This document shows, in pieces, positions 11,921-24,800 of a DNA stretch of 64,000 nt (the first letter of the stretch is position 1; each line of letters starts with the position of its first letter). A program made the translations under genes and the position numbers. This DNA comes from Nemertoderma westbladi (Eukaryota > Animalia > Xenacoelomorpha). The stretch spans positions 1,165 through 65,164 of the forward strand of contig JAUCBJ010007293.1 of the NCBI GenBank assembly GCA_032718475.1, read 5' to 3'. The notes beneath the pieces are model-generated. The model searched no databases and was not told the origin of the DNA. It saw only the letters and a list, made by a program, of their open reading frames with translations.

Positions 11921-12300
11921 TAATTACCAAAACAAAGAGATATTTGGCAACCATTACAATCAATGCCCTAACCAACATGAAATCTAAAAACAAACACAGC
12001 CACCAAAGAGAATAGAAAAGGCAACCCCAACAGACTTAGAAGCGAGCAAGCTGTTTGCATTCCAAAGTAATCATTGAGAAATCCATTGTCCGCTGAATTT
12101 CCACTGTCCGAGTTCGCTCGACCTAGTAGTAGTAGTAATTACCAAAACAAAGAGATATTTGGCAACCATTACAATCAATGCCCTAACCAACATGAAATCT
12201 AAAAACAAACACAGCCACCAAAGAGAAAAGAAAAGGCAACCCCAACAGACTTAGAAGCGAGCAAGCTGTTTGCATTCCAAAGTAATCATTGAGAAATCCA
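11882..12300. repeat. Tandem duplication (204 bp x2 with an 11-bp filler) spanning the RTE 3' end and the MFS 3' end
   Basis: 11882-12085 is repeated at 12097-12300; filler ttgtccgctga. Confidence 0.9.
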
Positions 12301-13433
12301 CCAAAAACGGGACCAATAATTGGTCCAATAGACAGTGACATTCGAAACATTTGTTGGATGAGAGATCTGGTGTCGACGTTGTCTGTGTAGCCACAAATAC
12401 TAATTGCCAGTTGTGTTTGCGTTTCTAAACCTGGAGTTTCAAATAATCCAGCACCAAATCCCATTAGAGCAAATCCAGTGATAGAAATAGCGAGATAATG
12501 AGGTAAACCCAGTAGTTCCGTAGGGCCTATTAGTTGCATTGATATTACTAGTATCATTGATCCGAATACAGTTGGTAAGATTGTCTTCAATTTCTTCATC
12601 ATTAGGGTCATTAGTAGACCAGTAGAAGCTTGAACAACCGGTCTTATTATATATATTAGACCAATATTGTATTGGCTCACATAGTAGGTGTGGTGAATGT
12701 ATGCAGCATAGTTTGCAGCTGTATATGATGAAATTAATATATAATACGCATTTAAAATAAATATAAGTGTAATTGCTGGATTTTTCAGAACTCCAAGATA
12801 AGTTGGTCTTTCTAAGTTTGATTCACATCGGTCATTAAGATAAGCTGGTGACTCTATCCAACAGTAAAGAATGATAATGAGAAACATCAAGCCAGATATT
12901 ATAAATGGGAATTCAAACCCAAGTGCAGCAAAAACCGAGGATCCAAAAACTGGTGCAAGCATGTATCCTAAGTTGCCACTAACAACTGCTATACTAGTTA
13001 ATATACTTCTTTGTGTCGGCCACAATTCCATCAACAAACTGAATGAATACATGAAACTGATGTTGAGTCCAACCGTTTCGATGATACGCAGTGAGAAACA
13101 TGCGAATATATATAAACCATTATTATTATTTGGGATATATTTGACAAACCCAAAAGCTAACTGGGAAACTGCACCAATAATTCCGAATAGTCCCAGAGAG
13201 ATATTTGTTCCCCAATTGTTAATAGAGTGAGGGCAACTAATATATATTACAAGTCTGACAGCGGCAAATATAGCCAGTAATGCACCAATCAAAGTCTTCG
13301 ACCAATCCCGGTCTTCCACAACTATTGGGAAGAAAGACTCCAATAAATTTTGACACCAACCTGGCATCATTTGAACCACAACTAACATGACCACCAAAAC
13401 ATTAAGTCTCCAGCCCTTTCGATGAAAATCCAT
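12183..13433 (-). CDS. SLC18B1: Intronless MFS transporter, SLC18B1-like (class II copy); start codon supplied by a rearranged flank
   Basis: 416-aa open frame, clearly homologous to but diverged from the class I copies; nearly identical to 42459-43154 over the shared part. Confidence 0.82.
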   Translation of the reverse strand: MDFHRKGWRLNVLVVMLVVVQMMPGWCQNLLESFFPIVVEDRDWSKTLIGALLAIFAAVRLVIYISCPHSINNWGTNISLGLFGIIGAVSQLAFGFVKYIPNNNNGLYIFACFSLRIIETVGLNISFMYSFSLLMELWPTQRSILTSIAVVSGNLGYMLAPVFGSSVFAALGFEFPFIISGLMFLIIILYCWIESPAYLNDRCESNLERPTYLGVLKNPAITLIFILNAYYILISSYTAANYAAYIHHTYYVSQYNIGLIYIIRPVVQASTGLLMTLMMKKLKTILPTVFGSMILVISMQLIGPTELLGLPHYLAISITGFALMGFGAGLFETPGLETQTQLAISICGYTDNVDTRSLIQQMFRMSLSIGPIIGPVFGGFLNDYFGMQTACSLLSLLGLPFLFSLVAVFVFRFHVG

Positions 13434-14963
13434 TCAATAGTTCAATTGCTTGTGACAACTTATTTCTCGCGTTTTAGAGGTTTGTGGTGGTTCTGAATTC
13501 TCCAATTATTTTCAAATGGATTTTGCGCCCCAGAAAACCTGTATTGAGAAACAATTAGTAACTTTCAAATTTTATGAAAATTGTTCACTACTTGTAATTT
13601 TGGTGCTGCAATATAACCAAACCACACCAGTTTTTTTGCAGTCAGATTCAGACTAGTCAAATCTATGTACTAACAAAATATCAGATGGTTTTACAAGGTG
13701 TAGGTTTTACAAATCAATAAAATATAATTAGAAACAGTGTTGTCATAAAACAAATATCTGATAAAAAATATCGAAGAGAGATTTAGAGTGAATGACAATT
13801 CCTATATATGAGTCCTTGATCCTTAGTAGGGAAATAGTAAAACTAATTCGCATTACCTCCGAGTTTCCTTCTTTAAGGCCTAAGGTTTAATTTCACCAGA
13901 AGTAATAATATGATGAATATTAATTTCTGCAATAAGACACTAAAGTAACTCAAGCCAATAATCTTTTAGGATTCATGAGTGGCTATCAATTAGTAGCCAA
14001 CAGGTGGCAGTGAGATATCAGCTCTCTTCCTCTACATGAGTTGATATGTTTTAGCCACTTAGCGAAGCTATATCTATACAGAATAAATAGCATGGGCATG
14101 CATGCTGTGCAAGTGGAAGCATGAACGAATCTCTTTGAATGATAATTAGTGCATGCTATGCAAATGGAAGCATGAACGAATCTCTTTGAATGGTAATTAA
14201 TGTTAACTGTCCCTCTCAAATTAACTAAAATTAATCAGTAATATCCAATTGACAACTGAATTGCCCTGATATGCAATTTCATATAAAATCTGACCAATAA
14301 AAAATCAGCGAGAGAACGATAGACAAAAAAGGGAACTTGATAAAATAAAAAAGATACAACAGGATGTGGAACAGCAATCTCGAGATATAAAGGCAGAAAA
14401 GATAATGATACAAAAGAAAAGTATGGACAACACCAAAGTAGCCGAGTATGAAACCGTTTCACTCAAGCGAGATCTCCTAATAAAGGAGGATAGGGAGAGA
14501 GGGATCGAATGGGAATATGAACCCATTCCCGAGTTGGAGAAAACTATTCTATTCGAGCAACCCACTCCTCTCCAACCAATCCTTAAAACCCATAAACTCT
14601 CTCCCGCAGCACAAGAGTTCATACTGGAAATGGACTAGAGACGTCATAATGCCCAATACGAGCCTGAAAATGATTTGGAGGGGATTGCTATACATCTTCC
14701 CAGTCGGAACGCTCACCACATGAAGCCTTCTTGAAAACCTTTGGAGAATGACCAAGTAGGCCATAGTGCCCGCTACGAGCCTGAAAAGGATTCGGACAGG
14801 ATTGTTATGCACCTTCATGGCCAGAATGCCCAAAATGGTTACGAGAGGTACTCAGAAGGTGAAGTAGATCCGATTAACAGGGGAATTGCGCCAGATGAGC
14901 CTGAAAAGGATTCGGCTGATGGAGTTCTGCCTGGTCCACAGACTTCAACCCCTCATCATAACC
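13424..14963. repeat. Segment inverted relative to its duplicate at 44662-46202; contains a Bel/Pao gag remnant
   Basis: Mirror ORF pairs 14366+/44987-, 14741+/44477- and 13986-/45409+; breakpoints read directly from the sequence. Confidence 0.9.
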
Positions 14964-15644
14964 GTTCAAATAATCAATTTTCAAAATTGACATTTCAAAA
15001 ATTGATGCTGGCAACAAAATTTGGCACCTGCCGAAAAAATCAAGTTTGAAATTTCTAAATTAATTTATATGAATTCCATCAATTGCAAACACCAAAAAAC
15101 CGGTATTAATAAAAAAAATAGAGATGTTTGTTACAAATCAAAATTCATTGAAATGTAATTTCAAAAACGTCTCAAAAAAAGTGCCAAAAAAGGGTTGAAA
15201 AATTGTGCTATAACTCGAAAACTTCTCAATAATTTTGAAAACTGTTTTCACTATTAGGAAGACAATAGATTTTTAGGAAAAGCCATAAAATTTCAGATTC
15301 CCAACTGTCTTTGTTTCATAGTTATAACAAAAAAATCACGGGGGGATCATATTGACCCCCACCCCTCCCCCCGGGTTTAATAGGGTTAAAGAAGGAATCT
15401 CGAGGTAATACGAATTAGAATTAGTTTTACTATTTCCCTACCAATGATCAAAAAAGGGTCAAGGGTCATTCTCTCTAAATCTCTTTTTGTTGTTTTTCAG
15501 GTATTTTATCTTTTATGTGTATTCTTATATATCTTTTCTGTTTATTTTATCAGGTATTTGTTTTATGACAACACTGTTTCTAATTATATTTTATTGATGT
15601 TTAAGACCTACACCTGCTCTATAATGTTCTAACATCGTGTTTAT

Positions 15645-16330
15645 TAGTGGCAACATTTGTCTTACTGACGGACGACACCGAATCCTCTAGATTCACCTCG
15701 GTTTCGGTGTCATTCGAGCCCGCCCATCCCACTAACTCTCCACTAACTCATCCCTCGCGTATCTACCAGATAAGGTCCTATGTACACTATACTGTACGGC
15801 ATTATCCCCGATCGCAACAATTCAAACAGTTCTGTTGCGACCTCTCTCGCCCTCTCATTCGCCAACTCGCCCGGCCCAAATTGGACTAAATAGTGAAAGT
15901 GTTTATTGCACTCACCCAGTCTGCGGTTTAATTTGGGTTCATCTAACTTTCCTCCCTTCTTGGCATCATTGAGAATCCTTCGTGTGGCAATGTATCCTCG
16001 TTGTAGATGATCACTCGTCACCATGTCCTCCTCTTGAGCATCTTGGTCTCCTCGTCTCGTCCGTCCAGCATCGCATGGCATGGATTTCACGGCGCATTTA
16101 ACGGCAACTTATGCCCCATAGAACACAATGTATTCCTATTGTGGTTTGTGTTGTTCTTTGTGGGCCACTGTATATACTTAACTGTGATTCGTAAATTGCA
16201 GTTCCCCATTTTCTCCCATATAAAAATACAATTGAATAATCCGATTTGAAGCTTTCATAGACAATAAAAGAAAAGTAATACAGATCGATACATAGTATGA
16301 TATTGTATGATGGATATACAGACTAGGTTG
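15645..16330 (-). mobile_element. Fragment of a second Bel/Pao family related to 1797-7228 (LTR end, leader, gag N-terminal domain)
   Basis: PKLNRRLGECNKHFHYLVQFGPGELANERAREVATELFELLRS matches 2646-3254; minus-strand junction ATCACA|GTTAAG at 16183. Confidence 0.75.
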
Positions 16331-17873
16331 GTAGCTCAATTTGTACTCTTACAGTATTATTAGCATCGTAAGGTTTCTAGTTATTAGTTCAGGGGCGGAA
16401 CCAGGGGGGGGGGGGGGGGGGGGGGGCACATGCCCCCGGGCAATTTTTCAACTATGACTAGTGTAAGCACTAGCGTACCGAGGGTGGTGGCCATGTGGCT
16501 ATAGCCACCCCCTAGGAAAATGAGAAAGCATACTGAAAAACCCCTTCCATTTGAAGTGAAAAAATAAATATTACAAATATTAAAGATCCACATACCAAAT
16601 TTTCTGAAACAAAGGTATTTTTCTAAACTGAAAGCTTCGCATTGTAACCTGGCTGGCCAAGAGCTAGATCCTTGGGGGGTAGGGGGATAATATGAATCGA
16701 CGAAATTTCAAATTATTCCCTTTTGTGACTACATATTTCAATATGAGCCATTTAATTATTGTGTATTAAAGGCCAATAGCCCGATGAAATATGTTGTTAG
16801 TTCAAGCTAAATTTAAACTAAAAAACATCAAACATGTCATGCAGACAGCAAATAAATCGAAATTTTGAAAGGGAATTTTTTTTTAACTTTTATAATATTA
16901 CTAGCAGGCAATACCCGAGGCATGTTACCCGGTATTTCCCGCTACCAGCATAGGCCTACTGGCGTACTGGTACCGGTATAGGTCTACTGACGTACCGGCG
17001 TTCCTGAAATAACTAGTGCATGTGGTTGTTCTGAAAAAATTTGTGGTGCGTATTTTTTTTTTGACTAAAAGTCGTTTAAAACGCACTGATATTTTGATTT
17101 TATACAGTATGGGCTGTTAAAATATGGCTCAACATGTTTATTGGCAAAATTTAAACAAATTTTTGGCTTTAATCTGAAAAATTGGCTATAAAAACAGATA
17201 GGTTTTAAAGAACAACCGAAACCCTTTCGAATGAGCCCAAAATAAAGAAAATTGGTTAAAAAATGGTGGAGGAGTACTATTTTGAAAAATTTTTAATGTC
17301 ATTCCGAGATAATTGCCTACAAAGTTTAACCCTTCCCAACAAAAGTGGCTGTCTGTTGTCTGGTTGGTTAATCATTTCTGGCACGAAAGAAGCACACCAC
17401 CGAGCTAAAACTTTCATTATGGGGGTTTTCGGAGTGGCTGAATTCATTTCTGATGCCAGTTTTAAATTTTGGTGCAATCTAGTCTATCTCTCTGTCTATC
17501 AGTTGTCTGTCTGCCTTACAATTTGCATTAAAGTCAACAAGAAAAGTTAGAAATACATGCTGATCCACACATCAGTAGATGCTTGAAGACTGCTAGAAAT
17601 TTTTCAACTCCTTTTCTGTAGCGACACTAGTTAGTGAATAGCACACAATCAGAACCTCTTTAGGTATTTTATCTAATGCTGCATGTGTAGTTGCATCCAT
17701 CAATAGACAAATTCCACCTTTACCAATATAATCTGCTGTAACGAGGGCACGTCACCAACCACCTCCCATATCTGGTAAGGCCATATACCCCTGCAGCCGA
17801 GTATAGTGGGTCCTCAACCCAGGACCAATTAATCCTAATTAAGACACATAGTTAAGATTGATAGGTCTATGAA

Positions 17874-18762
17874 ATGGCACATTAAAATTGTTCTATTATC
17901 TCAAATCGAACCAATACAAGTGCTGGAAATCCAAAGAGTTGGATATTTACATGTTAATGGCCATTCTGCTGGTTTATCAAATGATACCAGGTTGGTGTCA
18001 CAATCTATTGTAGACCTTCTTCCCAATAGTTGTGGAAGACTGGGATTGGTCGAAAACTCTTATTGGTGCATTACTTGCTATGTTTTCATTGGTCAGACGT
18101 ATAATATACATTACTTGCCCACATTCTATAGACAATTGGAGAACTCATATCTCCTTGGGTCTATGTGGAATTATTGGGGCACTATTGGGGTTATTGTTGG
18201 GGTATTATTGGGTTTGTAGAATATATATCCCTTATCATAACAAGGAATTAATTATATACAGTCACATGTTTTTCACTGTGCATCATCGAAGCTGTTGGAC
18301 TCAACATTAGTTACATTAGTTACATTCATTCAGTCTATTGATGGAATTGTGGCTGACACAAATAACTTGATTAGCTAGTTATTAGTGTCAACATGAATAC
18401 ACGGTAGCACCGTTTTTTGGTTCTACAGTTTTTGCGTCATTGGGATTTGAATTCCCATTTATAATATCAGGATTAATGTTTCTCATTATTATATTCAAAC
18501 ACCTGCTCCGGAAACCCAAACACGATTGTCTGTGAATGTTTGTGGTTATCCGACAATGCCCGGCAATGTTGACACTAGATCTCTCCTCCAACAAATGTTT
18601 AGAATAGCAACATCTATCGGAGTTATTATAGGTCCTATTTTTGGTGGATTTCTCAACGATTACTTTGGAATGCAAGCAGCAAGTTCGCTTCTAAGCCTGT
18701 TGGTGTTGCCTTTTATTATATATTTGGTTGTTGTGTTTGCATTTAGATTTCGTGTTGGCTAG
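17874..18762 (+). pseudogene. SLC18B1-like pseudogene with frameshifts and a ~500-bp internal deletion
   Basis: Fragments DWSKTLIGALLAMFSL and NVDTRSLLQQMFRIATSIG; sequence jumps from the TM6 to the TM10 region at ~18492. Confidence 0.88.
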
Positions 18763-18829
18763 ATTAATGAAAACCCATCATGGTGGGAGCTCTGTTAAAT
18801 TGTTGTATATCGAACTATATTCAAAGGTC

Positions 18830-19670
18830 ATATGCATTGTAGTGTCATCTAGCTCTCCATCCCCATCTTATTCTAAGACCTTGGACATTTGGAGCAAGTC
18901 GACTACTGGTTTGAAACATTTTTTGAATACATCATTGATAATAGCCAAAAGGATGGGCATACCATGGCATGTCTACCAGAAAGGAGTATCTTTTACAAAG
19001 TCAGCTCTGTGATGAGTCTCAACATACCTTCCACCAATCTTGTAATTCAATGTCAATATTTAACTTATATAGACATGGGCTTAGAAATTGCAAAAAGTAA
19101 GTGTTTGATGCTGCTCAAGTGTATGACAACACCTTTCGGTTTATTCGTAAAATCTTCACAAAAAGTGAAATTGCTGTGCTTCTGGGTGGTACTAATCAAA
19201 GCACTTTTTGTGACTATTTATTCCAAACTGCATAAGTCATTTTCAAAACCACTCACAAATTTTGAAATAAATATGCACACACCATTAGATTTTGATCCCG
19301 GGAGTTATTCAGCTGTGAAACCAATAGTACAACATGTCCTGTCAGAGTCTGGCATCCAAGTTGACGATGAAGAAGACTCTATTGCCTACAATGATCAAAA
19401 CATTCCTGCACGTAAGACATAATAATGTGAAGATTGATGGTAGCCCATTTGTGTTACTTTTGAAACTAATTCAGGAGAAACATTCTGAGTGGAGCACAAT
19501 AATATTTTCTTCTGAATCCAGTATTTGGACATATAGAGCATAACATGATAAAGGCAGTAGAGGGAAGTTTTGGTTGGGATATAGTATAGTATTTCACCAA
19601 TTTGCCATGACTAATGGATTTGAAAGTGACAAAGCTTTACTATTTTTAAAGTCAATGATAAATTAAGATG
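18830..19670 (+). pseudogene. Decayed transposase-like coding remnant (other copies ~27320-28200, 50590-50835, 60375-61190)
   Basis: Stitched frames give ...VKIDGSPFVLL...GHIEHNM.K...GFES.KALLFLK...HHKSYE, reminiscent of Academ/DUF6589-like proteins. The family assignment is uncertain. Confidence 0.4.
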
Positions 19671-21899
19671 AAATAAGTTACTCGGATGAAATCCAGTTCA
19701 TTATGATTGAATTCAAAATCACAGAAAACCTGTCAATCGCGGGAATATACTATAGGTCAAATAGTGATAATTTTGAAACAACAAATTTTGAAAGTTTCTT
19801 GCAGCGCAGAATTTTGCTGCCAACACGAAAAATACCTAGGTGTATGAACTAAACATTACAAATATTGCAATCAACTACACATCCAAAGAAAGCGATATAG
19901 TACAGGATTTGTATGGTTTTGAGCAACTTTATAATTTTGATTAATTGATTTATATTTTCAAAATTTCTGACATGGGTGCGAGAAAGGTCCTGTATCAAAA
20001 AACGGGTGAGTAGCAGTTTTCTGTTCATTTGAAAGAGGAATCGATTTGAAGAAAATTCAAGAAGTTTCACGGTCATACCTAGAAATGTCAGCGGCTTTTA
20101 AAATGGATTAGGATTCCGAAACGAAATCCTGATATAACGGAAATGACCCCCCTCCCCTATGGTAGGTAGGGTTAAAGAGAGAATATACATACTATGCTTT
20201 GCGCTTACAGGTGGTTTATATTCTTTAAGTAATTAAATGCTAAATGCACAGTTAAAAGATTCTGAAAATAAAATTTGAACCACAAATAATTAATTAATAC
20301 CTAATAAATAATTATTTATAATTTAAATATTAACATTACTTTTTCTACGTTTTTTTCCATTTAATACGTAATTGTATTCTAATATTGGTAATTTTTGTTT
20401 AATAAAAGATAGACGAAACAGTGTTACAAAATAAATTGAATTGCAGTATTTTACTCATATTGCTTCCATAGTTACTGCGATTCAAATTATTGTACTATTC
20501 AATTCCTAATGCTCCCATACTCAGTGTTTAATAATTTAGTGTTTTCGAACATTTATTACGTAACTAGGATATTGAGTTCCATTGAGGAGTACTCCTTGTA
20601 GACACTAAAGTTGTACTATCGTCTTCCTAATAGTGAAAACGGTTTTTAAAAATATTGGGAAGTTTTCGAGTTATGGCACCTTTATTAAAGGGTTAATAAA
20701 GGTGCCATAAACCAAAATACACCAAAAAAAACGAACACCAACAAAAATAAAATCATATTTTCATGAAAATATACGTTTCAAATAAAGTGCCAAAAGTAGG
20801 GACTTGTGGACTGTTCGTTAGGCTGTTTGTTTCTCTACTCGCTAGCTAACTAGCTTATCTGGATAGCTGCCGGGTCTAGTTGAAAGAAAATCAGTTGTTT
20901 TATCGGTTGTTTATATTTCTGGTTGTACACTACTAGACTTGTAAAGTGCAGTATCCTAACCACAGCTAGTGCTAGAGGTGCAAAATGTTGCAGCCTCCGT
21001 TCTAATAAATCGCCAACTGATGTGGTATCCAGGGTTCAGCCTAGTATAAGTAACGCCAGCTGATTGCTAACTGTGAATTGATAATAGTACCAATGGTGGC
21101 CTTAGAGTTGATCCGCCTTACACATTGGTTGTTTAACAACATGCTATGTGTCCCCTTTTTGATTTATTGCACATGCCATGAGTGAGTTAATAAGCACTCA
21201 TTAGCCCGATGTTTCTTCCAGCCAATTTTAGTAAATTGGAGCCTGACCAACTTTGAAATGGGAGTGTATAGCGGACTGAGTCCGCTAACACCCCCCCCCC
21301 CCCCCATGCTATCTTCCTGGTTGAAGATAGCATCAAGCATAAAGTGCGCTCCATATCCATAATAAAGGGATTTCGATATTTTATCGAATATGAGGTGGGA
21401 ATCTCTACTCTGGGGTCAGTTTCCCAAGCTGGCCCACTGGGTCTGATGTCTCTACCCAACCTTGACATACCTGCGATTCCAAGGTCATAGTTATTAGGTT
21501 GTATTGAAAAATATCGAGACATGAAAAATATTGAGAGAAAAAATCTCGAGAGTAAAAATAATGAGTGTTGAAAAATATCTAGAGTAAAAATATTGCGAGT
21601 AAAAATAATGTGAACATTTTATTTAGAATTATGGCACAATATTGCACAACAGTGCAATATTCGGGTACAACAGTGCAAGTGCAAATAAATGGCATTAATA
21701 CACCTTGGTGGATACCCATTGACCATTATACTAGCTAGTTCTTGGCATTTTTTTTATAAATATTATAGATGTGCTAGCTCTCAATTTTGATAAATATTTT
21801 TGTTCTAGAACAAATAAAACCATTTTCTATACCAATTCTACCCAATAATCCCCCAAATAATCTCCCAAATTCTCTCCAATTCTAACCAATTCTATAAAA

Positions 21900-24800
21900 C
21901 CATATGCTGCCGGATTTTCCAGCAACTTTAATTTCCAGTCGATTTTTTATTTACCAAATGTCTCGGTGACCAGGGAATTTCCAAGAAATATATTGTATGC
22001 TCTAACTCCTTTATCATTGCTCTAAAGTTCGTCGCATTATCACTTAACATGCGTTGCGGGATGCCCCGTCTAGCTATGAAATGCTTAAAAGCGTTTACAA
22101 ACGATACGGCACTTAGAGAACTTACCAACTCTAAGTGTATCGCTCGAACCACAGCACAGGTAAACAATGCCACCCATTGTTTTCCAGTAGCGGATATTGG
22201 GTCTAACGGGTTAGCTGTAACAATGAGAAGTCCCATGAAATCGACCCCTGTAATTTCGAAGGCATTTACTTGATCATCTAAACGAGTTGCAGGTAAGGGT
22301 GCTATAGGTGGTGCACTATATGGTGTGCCCTGTATCCTTTTACATGTTACACAAGGGGAGATTGTGCTTTTGACTATTTGGCGACTGCGTGGGACCCAAT
22401 ATCTCTCACGCAATTCGACTAAAGTGTGTCGAACCTGTCCGTGCTCGACACGCTCATGAGTTCGTAATATATTGAGCTTGGTTATGTGTGCGGTGGGTGG
22501 GAGCAGAACAGGATGTGGGACATTATTTTTGAACGTGTTTGTGTTGTTCACCTGGTCTAATAATATAGTATCAGTATTACAATCGACACTGGATGTACTT
22601 TGGTATATAATATTCTCAGACAGACATTTTATTTCTGTTCTACATGCCTCAGAAACTTTTTTGACTTCGCTAATTATGTCAGGAGCCCACTGTTCCTCGC
22701 CCCCTTGCAAGAATTCGGGTCCATTAAACCAATGAACCGATTCTTGCAATTCGACTTCAGATAAACCTCGTGTAGGGAAATCTGCCGGATTTATCTTCCC
22801 TGGACAATAACGCCAATTTATATTGCCCTTTTTATTTCGCGTATCTCATGAACACAATTTTTAACGAATTGATATTGTGTATTATTTTTATCTAACACCC
22901 AAATTATGACATCCTTGGCATCACACCATATATAGACATCGTCTATTTGTATTTTAATTGAACTATATACGAATTTAGTTAAACGAGAGGTTATTAGCCC
23001 CCCCTAGCAATTCTAGACGCGGTATTGACGGTTGAGTGTTTGGTGTAACTTTAGACTTACACATTACCAACGATACATTAATCTCACCACTTTGATGTAT
23101 AGAGTGTAAATATACTACTCCTGCATACAGCTGTTTAATGGTGTCACAAAATGTATGTATTTCAACTGAAATTAATTTTCCATTAAAATAATAACGTGGA
23201 ATTGATATTTGGTTAAGATTTTGTAAATCTTTGATCCATTTATTCCATTTTCCTTTTAGTTGGTCTGGAAGTGGATCATCCCATTTAACATTTGATTCAT
23301 ACATATTTCGGAATTCTACTTTCATAGGTACTACAAACGGCGCAATTAGACACAATGGATCATAGACCTTTTAGTTGGTGTTAAAGTACTTACATAGTGT
23401 TACACGTGTGACAAGTCGATGGTAAGTGTGTCCATTTGTAAGTCCCAACACTGTCATAATACTCTTGTAATATGAGGAGCCATTGGATTCGGTAAATTTA
23501 AGGTAGCTTTGGCAACAGATTCGGTATCTGCGCCGATTACGGGCAAAGATTCACCTTGACTAACATTACATTTGAATTTTCCATTTTATTAAAATTTTCT
23601 TATAACTCCGTATTAATTGTATTCCATTTACGTATGTTGAAACCACCCCGGGCTAATATTTGTTTTCCATTTTTGTATAGATCCATTCCTTCCTTAACAC
23701 TTCCAACTCCAGTGGTTAGATCGTCTACATAAAGGCTTCATAAATTGTCGATTATTGCTAATTCAACTTGGTCAGTAGTTTTAGATTCTATATGTAAATT
23801 ATGTTGTAATGTGGTGTACAGTATGTCTTGACTACAATTAAGTCCAAACATGGCCTGTGTGTATCGGTAACCTACCAAATCCAGTTTTGTATCTGTAGTA
23901 CTCCAGTTATGTATATCCCTAACCCACAAGAATCGTAACATATCCCGATCTAGTGGGTTTATAACGCACCTCATAAACGCGTGTTCTAAATCGGCTATCA
24001 CCCCCACAAAGTTAATTCTAAAATTAATTATTTGGGTGCATAAATTGAGATTGAGTTTGGGCCAGTCATTAGACAGTCATTTAAAGATAATGACGTCTCT
24101 GACCTTTTAGCAGATGCGTTAAAAACAACATGCCACTTAGTTGTGAATCGGGTTTCCTTTAAAACCCCGTGATGTGATATATAATGACAATTCTCAATAT
24201 ATTGGCTATTATGTTCTACTAGCTCGATAGGTTCGATATAACCATGCATCAAGTGCTCTTTGATCACTTCATCATATCGTTCTAGAATACCTGATCTGCT
24301 TAGACGGTTTAAAGTAGATCTGAGTATTCCTGAACAATAATCAAAATCATTCGTAATGTGGCATTTGGGTAACTCCCAAGGGAGTCCCACAGTATACAGA
24401 CCATTCTGCATTTCAAATTTACCCAAAACTTTATAAAAAATATCAGGTTCATTTAAATTAATCCCAATTGATTCTAAAGAATAAAATTGCTTAATGAGGT
24501 CCACCAATGATTTATGGGAATCATTTGTATACAATGTTTGCGTCATTGTGGTTAAAACCTCTGTGCTAGTTGGTAGTATCATGTGAAGTGGCATAGTATT
24601 TTCATATGCAACTTGACGCGCCATCCCAGACAATATCCAACCAATGCTACTGTCCAGGGCGACCGGGTCATCGCTGCACCCACGCATTACGGTCCCGGAA
24701 ACGATATCCAAATATTTTATCAGTGCTGATAAGAAGGTCGACTGAGAACAACGTTTCTGAAGTTGCACAACGTAGAGTTTCATCTGCCAAATCTAGTGAC

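Larger units (their letters stand above)
14964..21812 (+). repeat. Segmental duplication unit A (copies at 46321-53456 and, partially, 60050-64000, 34370-34765 plus 38688-39960, and 26477-28130)
   Basis: Long near-identical direct matches, e.g. ORFs 15444/46797, 15647/47000, 18889/60420 and 21187/52522/62977. Confidence 0.92.

Noticed and set aside
12871-13230. Short antisense and alternate-frame ORFs over MFS, RTE, pol and minisatellite regions (e.g. 12871+, 37038+, 55800-)
   Set aside because: Shadow frames of real coding or repeat sequence; their recurrence reflects duplication, not selection.
16403-16426. Long poly-G/poly-C tracts (also ~1769, 3825, 4461, 28502, 42018, 47753)
   Set aside because: Lengths differ between duplicates and are prone to slippage or sequencing error; no evidence of a specific function.
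17778-17830. Hammerhead, twister or HDV ribozyme in the MFS leader
   Set aside because: Catalytic core consensus nucleotides are absent; kept only as a possible structured leader.
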